Made by a program: the position numbers and the translations under genes. From the NCBI GenBank assembly GCA_021802965.1, contig JAJZQZ010000003.1, forward strand, positions 1 through 42,356: a DNA stretch of 42,356 nt, given 5' to 3'. This DNA comes from Actinomycetes bacterium. Its GTDB lineage: Bacteria > Actinomycetota > Thermoleophilia > RBG-16-64-13. The notes below the pieces were generated by a model. The model saw nothing but the letters and a program-made list of their open reading frames with translations, was not told the origin of the DNA and ran no database searches. Below are positions 36,127 through 42,356 of this stretch, piece by piece (position 1 is the first letter of the stretch; the number at the start of each line of letters is the position of its first letter).

Positions 36127-36818
36127 CGACATCCGAGTTCACCGGCTTCCCTCGGGGAGCCGTGGAGTTCCTCGTCGGCCTCACGGCCAACAACAACAAG
36201 CCCTGGTTCGAGGCGCATCGGCACGACTACGAGGAGTACCTCCTGGGTCCATCGCGCGCGTTCGCCGCCGCGATGGCCGAGCGGCTGACGGCGATCAGCC
36301 CCCCGGAACTGGCGCCGATCGCGGGATCTCCCTTCCGCATCTACCGCGACGTCCGCTTCAGCAAGGACAAGACCCCGTACAAGACGCACCTGGGCATAGC
36401 CTTCGGCTCGCCAGGGGCGCCCAAGGGCGAGTCGCCGGGCTACTATTTTCACCTGGATCCTCCGCGCCTCATGATCGGCGCCGGGATGCACGCGTTCCCA
36501 AAGCCCTTTCTCGAGCTCTACCGGGAGGCGGTGGTGGACGACATGTCGGGCGAGAAGCTCGAATCCACGCTCCACCAGGTGTCGGAGGCGGGCATGGAGG
36601 TGTGGGGCGAGAGCTACAAACGGGTCCCCCGAGGCTACGACGCCGCACATCCCCGAGCCGACCTTCTCCGCTACAGCGGCCTTTTTGCCGCCAGCAACGA
36701 GGAACTGCCCGAAGCGCTCCATTCGGTGGCCCTGCTGGACTACTGCGTCGAGCGCTACGCGACCATGGTCCCTGTGCTCACCTGGCTGCTCGACGTGGCC
36801 GAGAAAGCCGCGGCGTAG
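36123..36818 (+). CDS. DUF2461 (TIGR02453) family protein
   Basis: FTGF, NNNKPWFEAHR..YE, FRIYRDVRFSKDKTPYKTH and KRVPRGY...HP..DLLR motifs. Confidence 0.92.
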   Translation: MTTSEFTGFPRGAVEFLVGLTANNNKPWFEAHRHDYEEYLLGPSRAFAAAMAERLTAISPPELAPIAGSPFRIYRDVRFSKDKTPYKTHLGIAFGSPGAPKGESPGYYFHLDPPRLMIGAGMHAFPKPFLELYREAVVDDMSGEKLESTLHQVSEAGMEVWGESYKRVPRGYDAAHPRADLLRYSGLFAASNEELPEALHSVALLDYCVERYATMVPVLTWLLDVAEKAAA

Positions 36819-36846
36819 CCACGCAAGCCCGCGAGCCTGAGCCCGG

Positions 36847-38106
36847 ATGGCCGCGCATCCCGACCCTCGGGTCCTCTTCTCCCGCAGCTTTCTGAGGTAT
36901 CTCGGCCCGGGCTTCATCGTCACGGTCGGCTTCATCGATCCGGGCAACTGGGCCACCAACCTGGCGGCCGGCAGCCGGTTCGGGTACGAGTTGCTGTGGG
37001 TCATCACCCTCGCGACACTCATGCTCATCCTCTTCCAGGGCATGTCCGCCCGCCTCGGCATCGCCACCGGGCACAGCCTCGCATACGCGGTCCGTCGTCG
37101 TTTCTCCCGACCATGGGTGGCCGTCTTCGGGGGCAGCATCGTGCTCGCCTGCGTGGCCACCGACATCGCCGAGATCCTGGGCGGCGCTTTGGGCTTCAAC
37201 CTCCTGTTCGGGCTCCCCTTGTGGCTAGGGGGCGTGCTGTCCCTCGTGCTCAAGGTCGGATTGGTGGCGACCGGCCGCTACCATATGATCGAACGCCTGA
37301 TCGTCGTCTTCCTGGCCATCATCGCCGTCTGCTACGTGGGCGAGCTCTTCATGGTCAAGCCGGATTGGGCCTCGGCGGCTCGTTCGGCTGTGGTGCCCCA
37401 GGTGTCCGGCGCCAGTATCGCCGTCGCGGTGGGCATGCTGGGAGCGGTGGTGATGCCGCACAACATCTACCTCCACTCCAACGTCATCCTGAGTCGGGAC
37501 TGGACGGCCGATCCCGCGGACAAGGCCCGCCTCATCTCCTATGAGATGGGCGACACCACGATCGCGATGAGCATGGGCTGGCTGGTCAACAGCGCGATGG
37601 TGATAGTGGCGGCGGCGGTGTTCAATCGTCACGCCATCGACGTGACCAGCATCGAGCAAGCGTCCGCCACGCTGGAGCCCCTCGTGGGCGCCCTCGCCCG
37701 GGGACTTTTCGGCGTCGCCCTGCTGCTGGCCGGCCTCGGCTCGAGCATCACCTCGTCCATGGCCGAGGCCAACGTCTTGACCGGGTACCTGGGACGACCG
37801 GAGGACCCGCGCAGCACCTTCTACCGCATCGGCCTGTTCGTCTTGGCGCTGCCCGCGTTCCTGGTGATCGTCGCTGGATTCGACTCGTACAAGGTGCTGC
37901 TGCTCAGCCAGGTCCTTCTGAGTATCCAGCTGCCACTGACGATCCTTCCCCTCCTGCTGCTGACCGGTGACCGTCGAGTGATGGGAGATCTGGTCAGCGG
38001 GCGAGTAGAGAGGAGTCTCGGCGCCGTGGCCGGGGTGGTCGTGGTGGCGCTGAATGTCGTGTTGCTGTTCACGGTCTTCCGGACGGCCGCGGGAGGTGGT
38101 CCTTGA
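36847..38106 (+). CDS. mntH: Nramp-family divalent metal (Mn2+/Fe2+) transporter
   Basis: GPGFIVTVGFIDPGNWATN, GAVVMPHNIYLHS and SQVLLSIQLP motifs. Confidence 0.94.
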   Translation: MAAHPDPRVLFSRSFLRYLGPGFIVTVGFIDPGNWATNLAAGSRFGYELLWVITLATLMLILFQGMSARLGIATGHSLAYAVRRRFSRPWVAVFGGSIVLACVATDIAEILGGALGFNLLFGLPLWLGGVLSLVLKVGLVATGRYHMIERLIVVFLAIIAVCYVGELFMVKPDWASAARSAVVPQVSGASIAVAVGMLGAVVMPHNIYLHSNVILSRDWTADPADKARLISYEMGDTTIAMSMGWLVNSAMVIVAAAVFNRHAIDVTSIEQASATLEPLVGALARGLFGVALLLAGLGSSITSSMAEANVLTGYLGRPEDPRSTFYRIGLFVLALPAFLVIVAGFDSYKVLLLSQVLLSIQLPLTILPLLLLTGDRRVMGDLVSGRVERSLGAVAGVVVVALNVVLLFTVFRTAAGGGP

Positions 38107-38504
38107 TGTACGAACGCGTGCTGGTGGCCCTCAAATCGGACCCGAGCGACGAGCAGATCGTCGCCCATGCCGCGGATCTGGCCGCGCTCGCGGGCAGCCG
38201 GCTCACCCTGCTGCACGCCGTGCATAGCCACAGCCGTGACGCGGGCGCCTTCCTGGAGCAGGAGGCGACGGCATACCTGGAGGAGATGGCCGGTCCCATC
38301 CGGGCCCGCGGGATCGAGACCGAGGTGATGGTGGTTCCAGGCGAGCCTGCGGAGACGATCCAGACAGTCGCCGCGCAGACCGGGGCCGAACTCCTCGTTA
38401 TGGGCACCCACGGGCATCATCAGGTACGCCACGTCCTTCTCGGCTCAGTCACCGAGTCGGTCATCCGTGGGTGTTCGGTCCCGGCGTTGTTGATCCGGCC
38501 CTGA
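38106..38504 (+). CDS. Universal stress protein
   Basis: YERVLVAL, GEPAETI and LLVMGTHGH....LLGSVTESV motifs; TGATG coupling to mntH. Confidence 0.92.
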   Translation: MYERVLVALKSDPSDEQIVAHAADLAALAGSRLTLLHAVHSHSRDAGAFLEQEATAYLEEMAGPIRARGIETEVMVVPGEPAETIQTVAAQTGAELLVMGTHGHHQVRHVLLGSVTESVIRGCSVPALLIRP

Positions 38505-38658
38505 CCCTGACATGCCGCCGCGCGCAGGCGCACGACCCGCACGGGCACCTCGCAGCCGAATGCAGGAAGCGGGGCGGCGAGGCCGAACCTGGACTATGGA
38601 GGGGCGCGAGGGGAAAGGGCGTCCCCCGGGGATGGGACCCGAGGGACGCGAGAGAGAG

Positions 38659-38704
38659 CGGGAGGTCAGGCAAGGGCGAGGCTTCTCGTCCGCCGACCTT
38701 CCCG
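38659..38704. terminator. Long imperfect hairpin between convergent usp and epimerase genes (possible bidirectional terminator)
   Basis: CGGGAGGTC-a-GGC-aa-GGGCGAG-gctt-CTCGTCC-GCC-GACCTTCCCG; no U-tract. Confidence 0.4.
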
Positions 38705-38792
38705 GATGTAAGAATCGGCACGAGGGCTGACACGCTTGAACGGGCCCTCCGGACGCGCCCCTCCCTCGACCTTCCCACTCGCTGGAAGGCTG

Positions 38793-39752
38793 CTAGATCG
38801 AGGGCAGCCCCATCTCGGAGCGCGCGTCGTTGATATGGATGCGCACAGCCTCTTCCAAGGGGATCATGGAGTAACCGAAATCCTCCTTCGCCCGCGCCGT
38901 GCTGTAGAGCCAAGGAAGCTCCTCACGTCCCCGTTCCGAGCCGAAGCTGATCTGAGCGTCGGGTATGAAGGACCGGACCACGCCGGCCACGTCCTGCAAA
39001 GAGTACGGCGGCCCGCCGAGATTGTAGACGGGGTGCGGCGACGACTCCGCGTTCAGCAGGAGCCGGGTGAAGGCGCCGATGTCATCGGGCGAGCACAGAG
39101 ACCAGAGGCTCCGCCCGTCGATATCGTACTGCAGCGGCTGCCCCATCGCCGGCACCGACACCACGTCGGCGAACCACTTGACGACGAAGGGCCCTCCGGC
39201 GCCGTGGCCGAACACGATGGCCGGGCGAAGGCCCGTGCAGCTCAGCCCGTAGACCTGCGAGTACTCGGCCGCCATGATCTCCGCCAGCCGCTTCGCGTAC
39301 GCGTAGAAGTGACCCGGCCCCATGTACAGGCGGTCGTCCTCGGTGACCTCGCGGTCGCCATAGTCCTCCTGGCTCCCGTACACGGTCTCGGAGCTCGCGT
39401 AGATGACCCGCTTGATTCCCGACAGGCGCGCCGCCTCGAACACGTTGCACATCCCGAGCACACCCACCTTGGTGTTGAGCCGCGGCAGCGGATCGAGGGA
39501 CATGACCATCGCCCAATTGACCAGGCGATCAATGTCGTACTTCTGGATGATGTCCAGCAGATCCTCGAGTTGGGCCACGTCGCCCCGCACGAACGTGTAC
39601 CGGTCGGCGTGCTCCTTGATGGAATCGAGGAACCATCGGGGGGCGGGCGCCACGTCCATGGCGACCACGCGACCCACCCCCGGGTCGCGCAGCAGATGCG
39701 CCACCGTCTTGCGACCGAACTGGCCGGTACCGCCCACCAGCAGAATGTTCAT
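38793..39752 (-). CDS. NAD-dependent epimerase/dehydratase (extended SDR)
   Basis: GGTGQFG, YASS.TVYG, YAYAK (YxxxK), LRP..VFG and YNLG motifs; GGGGAGGT RBS before ATG 39752. Confidence 0.9.
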   Translation of the reverse strand: MNILLVGGTGQFGRKTVAHLLRDPGVGRVVAMDVAPAPRWFLDSIKEHADRYTFVRGDVAQLEDLLDIIQKYDIDRLVNWAMVMSLDPLPRLNTKVGVLGMCNVFEAARLSGIKRVIYASSETVYGSQEDYGDREVTEDDRLYMGPGHFYAYAKRLAEIMAAEYSQVYGLSCTGLRPAIVFGHGAGGPFVVKWFADVVSVPAMGQPLQYDIDGRSLWSLCSPDDIGAFTRLLLNAESSPHPVYNLGGPPYSLQDVAGVVRSFIPDAQISFGSERGREELPWLYSTARAKEDFGYSMIPLEEAVRIHINDARSEMGLPSI

Positions 39753-39896
39753 TCGTCGTACCTCCCCCGCGCCTAAGGACACGACCCCGCCTCGGCGAGC
39801 GCCGGCGGCTGGTTCAGTCGCCACACTACCACGATGGCCTGCGGAGGGCGCCGCCCGCTTGCGGCGGCGCCCCCGACGCTGCTAGTGTCGGCGGCC

Positions 39897-41099
39897 ATGA
39901 GGACGCGTGAGAACAAGGCGACCCGCTCCGAGATCGGGCTCACGGCCGCCTTCACCGCCTACTTCGCCCTCACCGCCCTGCTCGTCACCTTCATGCCGGT
40001 GGTGACTCCGGCCCTCCAGGACGGGTTCGGGCTCTCGGCCTCGCAGATCGGGCTGCTGACCTCCGTGTATCTGCTGGGTTACGCCCTGGTCGAGTTTCCT
40101 GCGGGCTTCGCCGGACTCCACTGGGGCGGCCGTGTCTTCGCGTTCAGCGGCGCCTTGTTGGTCCTCGGCTCACTCGTGTTCGCCCTGGGAACGTCGCTGC
40201 CGATGTTCGCGGCCGGCCGCGCGATCCAGGGGCTGGGCGCAGGGATGGTCATCGTCACCGGCAGCCCCGTCCTCGCCCGAGGCATCCGACCCCACCGCCT
40301 GACCTGGAGCTGGGGGATCGCGGGGGCCGGATGGGGCGTGGGCACCATCGCCGGCCTGGTCATCCTGCCCGCCGTGGCCGACGCCGGAGGCTTCAGGGCG
40401 GTATGTCTGGCTGTCGCCGGGTTCAGCCTCGCGTGCACGATCGCCGTGCTCGTACCCAAGGCCGTGCGGGCTCGTCCCGCCCATGGGGAAGAGATCAAGG
40501 TCCGCTCCTACGCCCAGGACGTCCGCGGCGTGACCACCCACCGGGAGGTCGCCCTCCTGGGGCTCTTCAACGCCACCAACCTGGCGGCCACCGTCGTGGT
40601 GATCGTCTGGACTCCCGTGTTCCTCACCGAGATGCGGGGAGCATCCGTCGCCATCGGGGCGCTCGTAACAGCCGGGCTCGGCCTCTCCCAGATCGCGGCC
40701 AACCCCGCGGGAGCGTGGGCCGACGCCCACCTCGGACGCCGCCGCGTCATCTACTGGTCGCAGATATTGCTGGCCGCCTCGACTCTGGCCATCCCCCTCG
40801 TGCCGGGGATCGCACCCGTGCTGATCGTGGTGCTGCTGAACGGCTTCTTCGACATGACCTACTTCCCGTCGATCTTCGCGGCCGTCCCCACCGTGGTCAA
40901 GCTGCGCTTGGTGGGCATCGCGGCCGCGTGGGTGAGCATCGTGGGGATGTTGAGCTCGGTCGTGTTCCCGTGGCTGTTCGGGGCCCTCCTCGACGCTGGG
41001 CTCGGGTACGTCGCCGGGTACGGCGCGCTCGCCGCCTTCATACTCGTCGGCGCCGCCGGAGTGAGGTTCTTCACCTGGTCCAAGCCGAAGCCCGATTGA
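39897..41099 (+). CDS. MFS transporter
   Basis: About 12 hydrophobic segments; GLSASQIGLLTS, GRAIQGLG and GAWADAHLGRR (motif A-like). Confidence 0.88.
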   Translation: MRTRENKATRSEIGLTAAFTAYFALTALLVTFMPVVTPALQDGFGLSASQIGLLTSVYLLGYALVEFPAGFAGLHWGGRVFAFSGALLVLGSLVFALGTSLPMFAAGRAIQGLGAGMVIVTGSPVLARGIRPHRLTWSWGIAGAGWGVGTIAGLVILPAVADAGGFRAVCLAVAGFSLACTIAVLVPKAVRARPAHGEEIKVRSYAQDVRGVTTHREVALLGLFNATNLAATVVVIVWTPVFLTEMRGASVAIGALVTAGLGLSQIAANPAGAWADAHLGRRRVIYWSQILLAASTLAIPLVPGIAPVLIVVLLNGFFDMTYFPSIFAAVPTVVKLRLVGIAAAWVSIVGMLSSVVFPWLFGALLDAGLGYVAGYGALAAFILVGAAGVRFFTWSKPKPD

Positions 41100-41163
41100 C
41101 AGGGTCGGCGCGCTGACATAGGTTGGCCTCGTGCCCAAGAGTCACGCGTGGGAGGTCCGATCT

Positions 41164-41709
41164 GTGAAGAAGCGTCTGACATCGATCGTGCTTCTCTTGG
41201 CCCTGGGAGCACTCGCGGCGCTGCCCGCCGCCGCGCAGGCGAAGCGCGTCCCGACGCGGCCGTTCATCCACGCCAGCGGAGCCGGCACGATCGAGACCAC
41301 AACGTATCCGGGGCTAAGCGGCGACTGGCCGGTCACAGGTACCGCGACGATCTGGATCCACGCGCATTCAGTCGGCGACCCGGTATTCCACTTCACGAGC
41401 CTTGGCGAGAAGTACGCGGCATGCGATGCCATGGGGCTTGTGTTCATCAGAGTACGCGATGCGGGGTTCAAGACGGTCGTGATCGGAAGAGTCACGAAGA
41501 TGACCACCATGAGGGAGGGCGTCCACGGTGTTTCGATCGACTACACCGTATGGGGCAGAACGTACAACATGTACATCACCGACGGCCCGACATACGACAC
41601 GGTGTGGCTCGGATTCTTGGCTCCGATCCTGGGCGACGGACATGCCTACGAGCAGCAGAGGGTGATCGCGGGCGATTTCGATGTGGAGTGCACCATCCCG
41701 CTGCCGTAG
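41164..41709 (+). CDS. Secreted hypothetical protein
   Basis: GGAGGT RBS; Sec signal MKKRLTSIVLLLALGALAALPAAAQA; beta-strand-rich mature part. Confidence 0.75.
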   Translation: MKKRLTSIVLLLALGALAALPAAAQAKRVPTRPFIHASGAGTIETTTYPGLSGDWPVTGTATIWIHAHSVGDPVFHFTSLGEKYAACDAMGLVFIRVRDAGFKTVVIGRVTKMTTMREGVHGVSIDYTVWGRTYNMYITDGPTYDTVWLGFLAPILGDGHAYEQQRVIAGDFDVECTIPLP

Positions 41710-41799
41710 GGACTCGGAGGGCGAGCCCACTGGAACTACCCCACGGGAGTGAATGTCATCTCTCGGTACTGGCAAGCGCGATTCGTGCTATCGATCGGA

Positions 41800-41871
41800 A
41801 GCCGGCGAAGGGAATCGAACCCCCAACCTGCTGATTACAAATCAGCTGCTCTACCATTGAGCCACGCCGGC
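41800..41871 (-). tRNA. tRNA-Thr (TGT)
   Basis: Reverse complement GCCGGCGTGGCTCAATGGTAGAGCAGCTGATTTGTAATCAGCAGGTTGGGGGTTCGATTCCCTTCGCCGGCT: anticodon TGT, CCA not encoded. TACAAT -10 at 41909-41914. Confidence 0.97.
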
Positions 41872-42048
41872 GCGTCCACCCGACCAACTTCGGGCGTCGG
41901 GGAAGTAGATTGTACGGCGTGCGTGTGGGTCCGGACAACCTCGACTGACAACCTCGAACGCGCATCGAACGTGCATCGGCCATCGCCCAGACGTCATCTC
42001 CCAAGATGCGCGACTTCGCGGCCGTCCGGCCGGTGCTATATTCGAGCC

Positions 42049-42356
42049 ATGCCTACTTCAGTAGCTCTCGTACCGTTGATCGTAGTCGCGGGCCTGATCG
42101 CCGCGACGATCGTGGCTCGGCGTCGCGGGTATGGCGTGGGCGGCACCGAGGTGGTCGTCCGCTGCATGGACGGGCACCTCTTCACGACGATCTGGATCCC
42201 CGGTGCATCGCTCAAGGCCCTGCGCTTCGGGCCCCTCAGACTGCAGCGATGCCCGATCGGCGATCACCTGACGTTCGTGACGCCGGTGAAGGAATCGGAC
42301 TTGACGTGCGCGGAGCGGAGCTTCGCGCATCAGCATCACGACGGCCTGATGCCCTG
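42049..42356 (+). CDS. Small membrane-anchored Cys/His protein (reaches the window end; absent from the ORF track)
   Basis: Manual translation MPTSVALVPLIVVAGLIAATIVARRRGYGVGGTEVVVRCMDGHLFTTIWIPGASLKALRFGPLRLQRCPIGDHLTFVTPV...; TGcTATATT extended -10 six nt before the ATG (leaderless). Confidence 0.75.
   Translation, partial: MPTSVALVPLIVVAGLIAATIVARRRGYGVGGTEVVVRCMDGHLFTTIWIPGASLKALRFGPLRLQRCPIGDHLTFVTPVKESDLTCAERSFAHQHHDGLMP

Noticed and set aside
42058-42339. 93-aa minus-strand ORF
   Set aside because: The plus-strand frame from 42049 has a promoter, a TM segment and a coherent Cys/His pattern, so the minus ORF is its shadow.

Overview
A GC-rich, densely coding bacterial chromosomal segment. 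It looks actinobacterial, and the gene content suggests a deep-branching lineage such as Thermoleophilia or Rubrobacteria (inference only). From left to right it holds: (1) udg-tsaE-tsaB-rimI-tsaD on the minus strand; (2) a plus-strand operon of a DUF2520/PanG-like reductase, yjbQ and a hexulose-6-P synthase::RraA/HMG-aldolase fusion, converging on panC; (3) a long minus-strand run lysA-hom-sppA-metallophosphoesterase-cpgS-2PG kinase-glpX-rho-DmpA/ThnT-like hydrolase-panC; (4) a nuclease-fold protein, hpt and an alpha/beta hydrolase; (5) a tandem-domain CsoR-family repressor with its operator, and tRNA-Gly; (6) a strong promoter with a candidate structured RNA or sORF, an orphan LytS-like kinase, DUF485 and an ActP-like symporter; (7) mutM, argS, a K+ channel, rlmH, DUF4388, DUF5069, glnD and glnB; (8) an accessory-looking tail with a deacetylase-SLH protein, DUF2461, mntH-usp, an epimerase, an MFS transporter, a secreted protein, tRNA-Thr and a partial small Cys/His protein. 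I saw no mobile elements or CRISPR arrays. The three most interesting signals are a possible PanB-independent pantothenate route using the HPS::aldolase fusion, an archaeal-type cyclic 2,3-diphosphoglycerate module with a candidate cDPG hydrolase, and an unannotated ~145-nt structured RNA behind a near-consensus sigma70 promoter. All family assignments come from motif recognition by eye; no searches were run.
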